Shown one piece after another: positions 51,489 to 64,000 of a stretch of 64,000 nt of DNA. Source of the DNA: Octopus vulgaris (lineage: Eukaryota). Made by a program: the position numbers and the translations under genes. Positions within the stretch are counted from its first letter, which is position 1. Every line of letters starts with the position of its first letter. The stretch covers positions 45,818,001-45,882,000 of the forward strand of contig OX597826.1 of the NCBI GenBank assembly GCA_951406725.2. Direction: 5' to 3'. The notes beneath the pieces are model-generated. The model made no database searches and was not told the origin of the DNA. It saw only the letters and a list, made by a program, of their open reading frames with translations.

Positions 51489-51960
51489 GACAAGAACGCA
51501 AACATCCAGACAGTTAGGTGATATACAAAAAAGGGACAACAAAATATCCAGATAGACAACACAAAGAAAACAGGACAGGTCATTCTGAGTTTTCTTTCCT
51601 CAGTCGAGTTCCGGATTATCTTTGCAGTTTCAGCTGGTTATACTCGAGATTGCTTCAATCTAGCCAGCCCCAAGGAAAAAACTAAGCTAAGAGCATTAGT
51701 TTCCTTGGAAGAAAGCAGCGAATGTATACGAAAACAAGGACGGAATAAAAAACGGAGAATGTTACACAAATACAAATAACAGGACATAACAACAGGTGTC
51801 TTTCGACTATGGACGAATTAAATTAAGCTGGCGTGTGTGGGAGTAAAGCCTTACGGCAGGGACTCAAGATTTCATGGGCACAAGGAGGAATATAGATGTT
51901 GCACGGATGGTAGTTGAACTAAGAAAAAAGGTCAGGCTTGTTCGAACACCGGTCACGTGG
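51485..51960 (+). mobile_element. Interspersed repeat family adjoining (TA)n (also ~17975, ~48310, ~52255, ~59040)
   Basis: acaagaacgcaaaacatccagacagttaggtgat...gccagccccaaggaaaaactaagctaagagcattag shared by the copies. Confidence 0.75.
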
Positions 51961-52751
51961 GGAGAGAAGAGAGAGAGGTAGAGGCAGAGGGATAGAAGAA
52001 ATAAGGAGGGGTGAGAAAAAATGACAGGGACACAGTGAAGTGAAAAGACGAGGGAAATTGAGCACGAAGAGAAGTCCAGGAAATGTGAGAGAAGGGGAAC
52101 GAAAGAACGAAGTAATCGGGAAAGGGCTGATAGAAAGAAGGAAAGAATGAAAGAATAGATAGAATAGAGTCGTACAAGATTTAGATAAATATATACTTAT
52201 ATATAAGAGACCAAAGTGTACGTATGCCGCTATATTTTTTTATATATAAAAAATACAAAATAGGACAAGAACGCAAAACATCCAGACAGTTAGGTGATAC
52301 AAAAGTGGAACAACAAAACATTCAGATACATGATACAAAGAAAACAAGGACGGGTCATTCGGAGTGTTCGTTCCTCAGTCGAGTTACAGATTATCTTTGC
52401 AATTTCGGCTGATTATACTTGAGATTGCTCCAATCTGGCCAGCCCCCAAGGAAAAACTAAGCTAAGAGCATTAGATTCCTTGGAAGAAAGCATCGAATGT
52501 ATACGAACACAAGGACGGAAAATAAAACGGAGAATGTTATACATGTTTATGTGTGTGTCTTTGTGTCTATGTTTGTCCTCCCCACTACCATCAATTGACA
52601 ACTGATGATCATGTGTTTACGTCCCCGTAACGTAGCGGTTTGGCAAAAGTGCCCGATAAAATAAATACTAGGTTTACAAAGATAAAGTCCTGGGGTTGAT
52701 TTCTTCGACTAAAATATATATATGTATGTAGGGAGATAGAGAGATAGAGAA

Positions 52752-52818
<67 letters not shown>

Positions 52819-52947
52819 TGTATAGATACATAGATATAGATACGTATGTATATTTGTTCTAGAAAAGGGGAAGAGAGAGGGAGTGTGGCAGCGAAAGAGA
52901 GAATGTGAGGAGAGAATGAGTGGGCTGGATGAAAGATGGGGTATATA

Positions 52948-52983
<36 letters not shown>

Positions 52984-53812
52984 GTGATGATACAAATATT
53001 CTAATTGACTGGCACAGTTAATTTAGAAAAAATTCTTCAAGAAATTTTGTCCACATTGGTTTAGTTTAATGACTGACCTTGCAATAAACAAGGAAAATAA
53101 ATAAATGAATTAAAATACAAGAAGAAAAATAAAATATAAAATAAAATTAAATAGAAAAACAGGCATTTCTTATAGAAGGAGATAATAATCTTCAGCGACA
53201 CCAATGGATTAATTAATTAATTAACGTTCATTATCTTTAGTTTCCACCTATTTCAAACTTTGTTCAAGCGTTTCCTGACCTAGTCAGCTGGCAGTTACAC
53301 AACGAAGGAATATTCCATTGTTACTGTGTTAAATCTAATTAAATTTAATTCAATTTAGATAAAATTAATCTTAATCTGGTGATATATTTCGTTACAGGTA
53401 TTGTATTGTATTTTCAATGTGTTTTTGAATTAGTGTGAACTATGAAAGCAGCTAACTTGCAAAATCGTCAGATTCGCTGTAAACATAAGAATTGGTCTCT
53501 GACGCAATTCCACTGCAGATGAACTGACACGATTCCACTGTAGATACGATGTTCTATTAGTGTTCAAGTCGTGAATGTATGACGGATCTTTTTTGACAGT
53601 TCATAATATAAGACACTTTTTACGAAATGAAACAAAACTAATTATTAATTATAGACTTTAGCGCAGACATGACTTTGTGGTTAAGAATCCCGCTTTCATT
53701 TCTACTGCACGGAACTTTGGGTGTCTTTTGCTAGAGTCCCAGGGTGATACAATACTTTATGAGTGAATTTAGTTAGCGGAAAACCGTGTGGAAGCCCATC
53801 GCATATATATAA

Positions 53813-53848
<36 letters not shown>

Positions 53849-53985
53849 TAAGAAGCTTATTTCCCAACGACATCATATGGGGTTCAGTCCCAAATGCATA
53901 GCACCTTGAGCAAGTATCTTCTACTTTAGCCGCGAGCCGACCAAAGCCCTGTGAGTGGATTTGGTAGACGGAAATTGAAAGAAAC

Positions 53986-54030
<45 letters not shown>

Positions 54031-54344
54031 GAAGGTTTGAAAATGCAATTTTAAAAGGTGTTTATTCACTTGACCGGTTTCACTTTTTTAGAAAAAAATT
54101 GTCAAAAGTAAAGTGTAAAAGCTTTGTAAAAACTTTGTTGTGTTAAGTACTGGTTGTCACAAATTATTACAATACATATATACATTCTTTGATAATAATA
54201 AGAAAATGTTAAAAACAGTTTACAAGGAAAAATCTTGAGAAAATATTAAAAGTTCATGAAAAATATTAGGATTTCATTGAAAATCATGTTTGTTTGGAAG
54301 TATCTATATACATACATAGAAGTTCAAAAAGGTTATATTTTGGT

Positions 54345-54389
<45 letters not shown>

Positions 54390-54526
54390 GGAGATATAAT
54401 TAGGATTTTACAAAGAATTTGAGATAAGCTGAGATATTCAGACAGTGGTTATTCAAAAGAAAACCAGGCTCGACAGACCATCTGATGATCGAAAACGAGT
54501 AATTCTGAATACTAGGGATCGGAGCC

Positions 54527-55046
54527 TGAGGTGGTGGAAAAAAGTTCCTGGCTTTGGAAAAAGAAAATCAAGGAGGACCAACTAATTACGATTCACACAC
54601 TGGATCTTTACTGTTTGGCTGCCAATTTTCAATCTCGTCAATTTTGTTGGTTTGTTTACAGTTTCATATAAGAACACGTGCTATTTTAGGAATGTTGACA
54701 ACACGTACAGTCAAGCACAAAATGACAGCCTCCAAATCCTGTTTTCTGACTGGGTGAAAATGATCAAACTTTAAACCTGTATAACGTTTTAAAACTTTTT
54801 CTGGAAAAAGGGAAATGCCTCATGAGATTCAGCTTGGAAAATTACATTAATGTACCAAATTCAAAAAAAAAAAAATTTCAATATACTTCGTAATTTCCAC
54901 AGGTGCAGGCAAGCAGAACAGATCATACACACTTAATGCAGCAGTTCTTCAGTTTTACTAAGCCCTGTAGAAGAACTCGGAAGGTTGGGCCTTCAATCTG
55001 GCTTTTCCGATACTCTTAAAGCCAGGAACTTTTCAGGACCCCATCG
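54527..55046. mobile_element. Mariner-type non-autonomous element (same TIR family as 24295)
   Basis: aaaagttcctggcttt ... aaagccaggaacttttcaggaccccatcg-TA. Confidence 0.7.
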
Positions 55047-55631
55047 TACATATTTTGCTTGTGTTTTATAATTATATTCTTTGTTATTAGATTCAGGTTT
55101 GAGTGTTACGCAGACTATAAAAAAAAATCATGTGAAATACTTTACAAGATTTTGAATAGCATATATTATAAACAATCTCGTGTTTTATCTTTTTTGTTGT
55201 GTACATAGATATATGTGTGTGCGTGTCTTTGTGTTTATTCCTACAATTGTTTGACAACCGGTGTCGATTCATTTAGGTTCCTGTAACGTACTTGTTCTAT
55301 GAACAGTGACTAATAGAAAAAGTACCAGGCTATTTGAAGCACTGCGATCGATTTGATCGATTAAACCTCGCCAAAGCATTGATGCAGTGTGGGCGCAGTC
55401 CAAAGTCTGAGACAACGGAAAAAATGTGTGTGTGTGCACGTCGCGCACGCACGAGTGTAGCAATTTAACCAAATCATCGGCTCAAATGTTTATGCGAACA
55501 ATATTTGACATTCTCTAACTACGAACAACAAATTAAGTTTAAATATATTTAATGAAATTGTTGACAGGAATCCAAACACGCATCTTTTTTTATTTTGTAA
55601 ACATGCTAGCATAAACAACATCTTGAATTCG

Positions 55632-55684
<53 letters not shown>

Positions 55685-55689
55685 CATAC

Positions 55690-55730
<41 letters not shown>

Positions 55731-55742
55731 GATACTTACACA

Positions 55743-55827
<85 letters not shown>

Positions 55828-55869
55828 TATGCATTAGTATATACATACATGTATGCATACATATACATA

Positions 55870-56094
55870 CGAGGGATGAGTGTGCAAAGTTCCTGGCTTT
55901 GGCTGAAAGGAAGTAGAGGAAGATCAGTTAAATATGATTTTATTCAACAAATTCCTCTCTCTCAGATTCACACACTTATTGCAGCGGCCCTTCAGTTTTT
56001 CTAAGCCCTATAAAAGAACTCGGAAGGTTGGGCCTCCAACTGGACCTTTCGCAACACCTTTAAAGCCAGGAACTTTTCTGTCCCCCACCCTTCG
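55870..56094. mobile_element. Mariner-type MITE (same family)
   Basis: TA-cgagggatgag..aaagttcctggcttt ... aaagccaggaactttt..cccttcg. Confidence 0.75.
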
Positions 56095-56101
56095 TGTAAA
56101 T

Positions 56102-56147
<46 letters not shown>

Positions 56148-56153
56148 ACACAC

Positions 56154-56229
<76 letters not shown>

Positions 56230-56304
56230 ATATAATGGAGAAATTGCACAAAATGTATAAACAGATGATGAGTAAAGCACCGGCACAGTTTCGATTACCT
56301 GCTG

Positions 56305-56349
<45 letters not shown>

Positions 56350-58391
56350 TACATACACCAAATTAAGTAATATTGTACTTCCTGAACTTCGTACCAACAT
56401 ATTTAATTGGAATTCCTTATGAAACTAGATACGAATATTGACGTCTGTATAAGTATGTATGAGTAACTATACGTAAATACTTTAATTTTATTTTACGTTT
56501 TGCTTGTTTCAATCATTAGATTGCGACCATGTTAGGGTATCGCCGTGAAGGATTAATCGAACAAATCTACCCTAGTTCTTATTTTTTAAAAAGCTTAGTA
56601 CTTATTCTATTGGATTTTTTTTGCCGAACCTAATTTACGGGGAATATAGGCACACCGACATCAGCTGTCAAACAGTGATGCTAGACAAACATACACACAC
56701 ATATAAATATAGAATAGCCTTACCCAAGGTACTGTGCATTGGAACTGAACCCAAGACCACATGGTCAAGAAGCAAGCTTCTCAACTACACAGCCTCATCT
56801 GTACTTACTTTCTTTAAAAAACTCGATTTTTTAACTAATATCTTACATTACAAAGTATTTAATTTTAATATGACGAGACGAAATAACGAAAAGAGAAATA
56901 TTGGTTTCAAATTTTGGCACAAGGCCAGCAATTTTAGGGGAGGAGTAAGTCGATTATATCGATCCACCTGTGTTCAACTGGTGCTCATTTGATCGACCCT
57001 GAAAGGGATGAAAGTCAAAGTTGACCTCGTCAGAAATTGAACTCAGATCGTTAAGACAGACGAAATATCGCTAAGCGTTCTAATGACTTATGTACGTACG
57101 TATGCTTGGCGGTTTACAGCGATCGTATCTCAAAAACTGATCCGATCAATGAAGTGAAAGTTCTAGTTTTCGTGTCACAAATTTTTCAAATCGTGCAGCT
57201 CATCATTTTTGTTTCTTTTCGAGGTTGAAGCAATTAATTAATGCATAATGTAAGGTTCAGCATGCAGTAATGTACTCACGAAACGTATATATATTTTTCT
57301 CTCACCATCTTTATTAATCTCCAAGGCAATTCGTTGAAATTATTATTAATTTTTTTTTTTTTTGCCTACAGACGTACGTCGTGATAACATTATGTATATT
57401 CAGTACATCTCATGTGCAATAAGCGAAATTTTCAAAGTTAAATCCGTTTTAGAATTATGTATACTCTTGGGGTACGTAATCATTAGGAAAAGGAAGAATA
57501 TTCTGCCAGTGATACAAAACATTATATAAAATTTTAGTTAATGTATTTGTTTTGCAAGATTCCTGATGTGAAATCATGTGCTGAAACAGATAGTGTTATA
57601 TTTGGGGATGATCATATTAGAATGAGCAGAACAAGAGACACGTAGGATAGAGAGTCGCTGATGAGGTCACAGGATGCGTGATGAAAGACTTTAGACAAAG
57701 AAACAAAAATAATAATAAAGCTGAAATGAAGTCCAACTATATAATGTGTGTGTTTAATTGGCAAAATATGACCATCTCCAAGTATAAGGATATTATATAA
57801 ATTGTTTCTAATTAAAGCACAATCAGAGATTTTGAGAGAAGGAATTTCATCGATACCTTCAGCATCTGGTACTCGACTGGTACTTTATTTTAGCAATCTT
57901 GAAAAGAGAAAAGGCAGAGATGACTTCGGTAGAATTTGAAATCAAAGCGCAGAGAACCAAAACGAATGACGTATAACATATTATCCAACGTGTTGATGAC
58001 TCGGCCATTTCAGAGGAAAGATTAGAACCAATTCGAAATCAAGAATTTAAAGCACGAAGACGTTCATCTCCATTTCTGACAGTAAAGAGCCTTTGGTCGT
58101 TGGTCGAATATGAGACTTGGCTGCGCGGTAGAATAAATTCTATTGCACAACATATGCTGGTTTCCTCTACACCAAATAGTTTCAATGAACTATCAGTTTG
58201 ATCGAACTTTCTCGATAAAATATATTTAAACGTTGCTAAACGCGCCCAGTGTGAGAAACGGAAGTATCTCTAATCTCATCTTTATATTATTCTTTCGTTT
58301 GTATTCATGTCTATACACAATTCTGAAAACCTTAACCTTGAATATCATTCACTAATTGAACATCATTCACTAATTCACTAATTGACCACGA

Positions 58392-58430
58392 GATATACTG
58401 ATGAGATATAAAAATATCGAAACGTATGTT
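58392..58430 (+). ncRNA. Minimal hammerhead ribozyme motif
   Basis: ata CTGATGA gatat-aaaa-atatc GAAA cg TA tgt: canonical core, perfect stem II, palindromic acgt stem III, short stem I. Confidence 0.6.
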
Positions 58431-58671
58431 GCGGATGACGAAACCGAAAACACGCCAGGAAGACAGATTATTTAATTTTATCTGAATCCGAACCTTCACT
58501 TTGTTTTACAGTGAAGATTATTACAGACCACACGAAATGACTGAAATGTAAAACTGTAAGACTTTATAATTATTTTAATACATTCTTGTATTTATTCAAA
58601 GACGAGTCAGACATTGAACAAATATAATGGAGATGTGTGTGTTTTGGGTCTTTTATGGGTATACATACAAG

Positions 58672-58716
<45 letters not shown>

Positions 58717-59291
58717 ATATATATATATGAATATATAAAAAAATATATATATAAGTAGAGTGTAGTGTCACTTATTTCTATATCATGTTAGCGTTCAAGA
58801 ATTTGGACACAACGGACTTCAGCAAACTTTCATAGCTGTTGAGTTAGCAAAAGTAGAGATGATAGTGAATATGTATTCAGTGCTTCGGTGCCACACACGA
58901 AAACTAAATGCCTCTAACCGTTCTGCTTGCTCACACGTGCACGCGCGTACACACACACAACATATATGCACAAAATAAATGTATTATATATATATATATA
59001 TATACATATATATGTATATATATATATATATATAATACAAAATGTAACAAGAACGCAAAACATTCGGACAGCTAGGTGATACAAATGGGACAACAAAACA
59101 TCCAGATAGACGATACAAAGAAAACAATGACGCGTCATTCGAAGCTTTCTTTCCTCAGTCAAGTACCAGATTATCTTCGTAATTTCGGCTGATTATACTT
59201 GAGATTGCTCCAATCTGGCCAGCCCCAAGGAAAAACTAAGCTAAGAGAATTAGATTCCTTGGAAGAAAGCATCGAATGTATACAAAAACAA

Positions 59292-59337
<46 letters not shown>

Positions 59338-60354
59338 CACCACAGTCACGTAGATTATAAATGAACTTTCGACTACATAAAAATGATATTTAATAAACCA
59401 AATAAAATAACCCTAAACCCATGTTGTGTTATTTGTTGTTATATTTAGCAAAAGTATTTGTTTATATCTATAATTTGTTTTGTCGCAGCTTTGTTAAAAT
59501 AGGACGACATTATCAGCTTATCAACTACGATAATAATTTCACATGTTTTATCTTGTGGAACATGCTCTTGTTTTTGTCGTTATTGTTCTCGTTTAGTCCA
59601 GGGTCAGCTTTGATAGAGCAAACCCATAACGAAAGGCGTTCTGTGTCAGTTCCAGCCTTTGTTCGGGTATAATGCGTCTAGGACTTCTTTATTCAATGTA
59701 TTATTCGTATCGTTTAGAGGGTTAGGTGGGAACTGAGGAAGAAGTATGACCCTTGGATATTTCTGTCTCGTGTCCTAGAACTCAAAGTCAGTAACCCGTA
59801 TAAGTAACCGAGATCTCAATAACCTACCTTACAGCTGAGTGGACTGGGGCAACGTGAAATGAAGTACCTTGCACTTAAATATAACACAACACCCAGTTCG
59901 GGAATCGCAGTTACAATCTTACGCTCGTGAGCTCAACACCCAAAACATCTGGACCACGCGCCTTTACGATTTGAAGAAGATTTAGTTGCTACCACAACGA
60001 ATCATGCAACCACGTAGAGACTCCATCATTAGCTCGATTTAAAAAAAAACAAAAAACTTATGCTGACTTTTCAGGTGTTTTCTTTAGTTACATATTTTAA
60101 CAATTCATTTCTTTAGCCGTGCTACAACCAGGTTCAAACGCAAGCTATGGTGTACTTTGTTTTAATCTTTCCGAGATCGGCACACAACACTAACCACTTG
60201 AGTAACCACAATCATTATCAGTTAAAGAGTATGACTAAGTGGCGAGTGGCGAGTACCAAACTCTCACTAATTGTTTATAAAGCCTATGTGGTCGCGAGAC
60301 GACACAGACACCTACATCTCGGCCCTCGGGCCCTTGATTCAAAGGAACATTCAC

Positions 60355-60417
<63 letters not shown>

Positions 60418-60771
60418 CAGCACCAACACTCGACTAGTGGCGATTTTACAGTTGGATGAACTGAAGAAATGTGAAATGAAGTGCTCTAGTCAAGGGCATA
60501 ATGCATCGGTTGCTCAAGAAATTGAACCCATGATGTTATGATCGTGGGCCTAATTGAGATATGTATGTATGCAGATATGTTTTTCCTTCGAGTTCAAGCA
60601 GATCGCTAACAAACACCTTTCGAGTTCCCGGTGTTTGTAAATACGTGGTTGACTCGCAGTGTTGGTTGAGCCGTTGATGCACATACCCATATGTGTGGAT
60701 CTATACACCTAAAGAATCTCAGATGGAAAATCTTCAGAATATCTTACAAATCCACATTGTGCCTCTAATAG

Positions 60772-60970
60772 ATAGAAACGTTAGAACGCCGGGCGAAATG
60801 CTTAGAGGTATTTCGTCTATCTTTACATTCTGAGTTCAAATTCCGCCGAGGTCGACTTTGCCTTTCATCCTTTCGGTGTCGATAAATTAAGTACCAGTGA
60901 CGTACTGGGGTCGATCTAATCGACTGGCCCCTTACCCCAAAATTTCGGGCTTTGTGCCTAAAAGGGAAAA
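60772..60970 (+). mobile_element. SINE family B
   Basis: Core plus gggctttgtgcctaaaagggaaaagaat tail. Confidence 0.83.
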
Positions 60971-61206
60971 GAATATTTTGGATTTGGAAAATATGCATGT
61001 TTTTTTCACTTTCTTTGAAAAACCTAGTATTTCTAAGTTTTTGTGTGAAATTGTGGGTACATAGCTCAGTGCACTTATGATGATAGGTGCAAATGAGAAT
61101 TTAGAGTCAGGGTACAAGAGCTATTAGTTCTGTCTTAATTTACTATAAATGTTTTCTGTTTTTCTGCACTTTTGATGGTGTATTCTCTTCTGCTGGGCAG
61201 CTGACT

Positions 61207-61440
61207 TTTACAACAGAGCATGATTTTTGTTCCCTGTCTCACGGAACAATATCTGGTGTGCTATGTTTGCACCGAAATGTTGTTTGTATTGGAGTGTTCC
61301 ACCAATATTCCTTGTTTTCAAAGGTGTGAGTACATGCTGGTTTTGGCAAGCCTTTGATATATACGTCAGGGCAATCCTTCCTGCTGGTAGCATTGTAAAT
61401 AGTTTTTGCAACTGTATCATTCCTCAGAGGCAGGCAGTAT
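61207..61440 (-). mobile_element. R4/Dong-like non-LTR retroelement fragment (restriction-like endonuclease region)
   Basis: RNDTVAKTIY...EYWWNTPIQT...KHSTPDIV resembles the RHD..W..PD motif order of RLE domains. Confidence 0.68.
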
Positions 61441-61443
61441 CTT

Positions 61444-62045
61444 GTATGTATGTATGTATGTATGTATGTATGTATGTATGTATGTATGTATGTATGTACG
61501 TATGTACGTACGTACATATGTACGTATGTATGTATGTATGTATGTATGTACATACGTATGTATGTATGTATGTATGTATGTATGCATGTATGTATGTATG
61601 TATGTATGTATGTATGTATGTACGTACGTACGTATGTATGTATGTATGTATTACGTACGTATGTATGCACGTATGTATGTATGTATGTATGTATGTATGT
61701 ATGTATGTATGTATGTATGCATGCATGCATGTAGTACGTATATATGTATTATCTGTGCATCTATCTGTCTGTACATGTATGTATACATGTACGTATATAT
61801 GTATGTGTATATATGTTTGTTTATGAATCTATGTGTGTATGCATGCTTGTATGTGGCTGTGTGTATGTATCTGCACAAGTGTACGTATTTATTTGTGTAT
61901 GCATGTATGCATGTATGCGTGTATGTATGTATTTGTGTATTTGTATATTTGTGTTTGTAAGTATATGTATATGTATGCCTGCATGTGTCCGTGTGTATGT
62001 ATGTACATACGTACGTATGTATGTATGAATGTATGTACATAGGTA
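61444..62045. repeat. (TATG)n and degenerate TG/TA microsatellite
   Basis: Direct reading. Confidence 0.95.
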
Positions 62046-63861
62046 TGAGTGTGTGTCGTTGAATGTTATGAAAATATTCGCCATCACCAATATTTAGTGT
62101 TACGTAAAGACACCTAAGAATTCTTTGAATCATTTTATGATACATATATGATACAACAGAACTAAGAGAGTACTATTACTGATATACCACCGATAATACA
62201 ACTGATAATACACAATGGGTATCCTAAGATTACAAGATTCTCTATGCTAATCCATAATTTATAATTAAAATCATTACTAAAATACCATTTTTCAATAGTA
62301 TAAATAGTGTACAGAGAATTCTAACTGAAAATTAACTGAGATTGTCTTGGAAATGTCTCCAATAAAATAAACAGAACAAAAGCCTTGTGTTAAAAAAGAA
62401 TCAGTCCAATTCAACTATTGTCAACTCTAATGGAATTAAATAAAAAGGAAAAGCAAAAGAAGAAAAGAAATGGTAAGTGCGCGGAGTGTGAATGTTCCAC
62501 AGACACAGTTTGTTTCATGCAAATCTTTCTCCCGTACCTTCACACTTGTCAGACAACAAATAAATGGTTCAAGATTACAGGTGAAGCGTCACCTGCTGGC
62601 ACTTTTCCTAATATCTCTTAGACTGGTTTTGTTTTCTAGCATTTGGAAATTTTTTGTTTTCTTTTTTATTATATTTATTACTTTGTTTCTATCTTTCTTT
62701 TCCTTTCATTTAAAACAAAAAAAAAACGTCTTTAGACGATTTAGAATGTGAAAAGAAAAGTCAAGTACAGACGAAATTGTTTGAGCTATTTTGAGAACAT
62801 TTTTGGCCTAGACTACTGAAGACAGCCACAAATTTTAAACATAGAATCGATTTTTTTATCAGCTTTGCTGAGAATTTTAAATTATGCAGTAAATCTATTT
62901 CTTTCTTCAAAAACCTCCAAAAATCTCTTCACAATTCTAAGATGTTTTAACCACTTTATTCTCTTTTGACTTTTTCCTTGTTTTTCTTTCTCACATTCAT
63001 TATCTTATATCCGTTCTTCTCTTCCTTCATTCCCGCTTTTTGTTTTTTTCCACTCCTTCGTTTTTCGGTTCTATTTTCTTCTTTCATTTTTTCTTCACTT
63101 CTTTGTTTCTTCCTTCCTTCCTTTCTCCCTATCCTATTGTTTTTTCCGGGCCATTAATTCAAGTTGCGTCATCACGGATTAATCTTCACACAAAACTTAC
63201 TTCCCAGCCGTTCTTAGATCTGGTGAAAACTGGTTAGACGACAACGATTCACTAAGGAGACCTAATACGACCGAAACAAGCCTAGGGATGTCACTGTACT
63301 AAAAATCAACCTCATTCCTTTAACCATAGCACGTCTCAATTCAATTTTTAATTAATTGAAAATTCAGGATTCTCTCCATTGCCGTCTTTGATAAGCCTTG
63401 TCATTAACTCTTAGGATGTTTTTCTTTTTCATTTCTTATGTAATTTCAATTGATTAAGCATTCATTATTTTCAATGTGCATTAAGTACGTTAGCCGCGCA
63501 TTTTACCTATGAGTATGCACACACACACACATTATATATATCAAATAATATTCAGTTGGATTAGGTATTTAAATTGAGGCACCTTGCTAGGTTTAGGTAA
63601 CTTGCATACTCAACAATATTAAGTGAATATCAGACCTGGGACATAATTGCCGACCATATGGTATTCTTGCAGTGTACACAGGTAATAAGACACAGGTGAG
63701 TGAAGAAATCCGCCCTTAGCTATTCAGACATGTATTTTATACTAAAAATAGTGTCTATAATATTTACGAAGCGTAGATTCCAGAATAGGTGAATAAATAT
63801 ATAAGTAACAAAGAGGTAGATATATCAATTCACCTGACCCTCTTTGTTTTATGTATGTATG

Positions 63862-63919
<58 letters not shown>

Positions 63920-64000
63920 CATATTCCCAATTTATATTCCTGTATGTTATATTTTAATAATTACTGGTATCTTTATATATTAATATATTTTATATGTAAA

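Noticed and set aside
54481-54505. ctgatga motif as hammerhead (also 6185 and 18051)
   Set aside because: No properly placed stem II plus GAAA.

Overview
AT-rich, repeat-dominated eukaryotic DNA, intergenic or intronic. The SINE families and the (TA)n/(CA)n/(TATG)n load suggest an octopus-type cephalopod genome (inference). I recognise no intact host gene, and most ORFs in the track are microsatellite or SINE translations. The window holds two abundant tRNA-derived SINE families plus a V-domain-like one. It also holds fragments of CR1-like, RTE, Tx1/L1-like, R4/RLE-like and Penelope-like retroelements, a decayed Tc1/mariner transposase, several MITEs and two Helentron-type (HINE/DINE-1-like) elements. 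The main finding is a nested retroelement set inside those HINEs: ~1.7-kb ORF1-only ('half-Tx1') elements whose 3' tail is shared with a Tx1-like LINE and a SINE. Two copies carry dense, strand-specific A-to-G hypermutation resembling ADAR hyper-editing fixed in DNA by retrotransposition. Several hammerhead-ribozyme-bearing non-autonomous elements are also present, including a TSD-flanked 332-bp structured insert and a TSD-flanked tRNA-headed element with two inverted hammerheads. All calls were made by eye, and coordinates may be off by a few bases.
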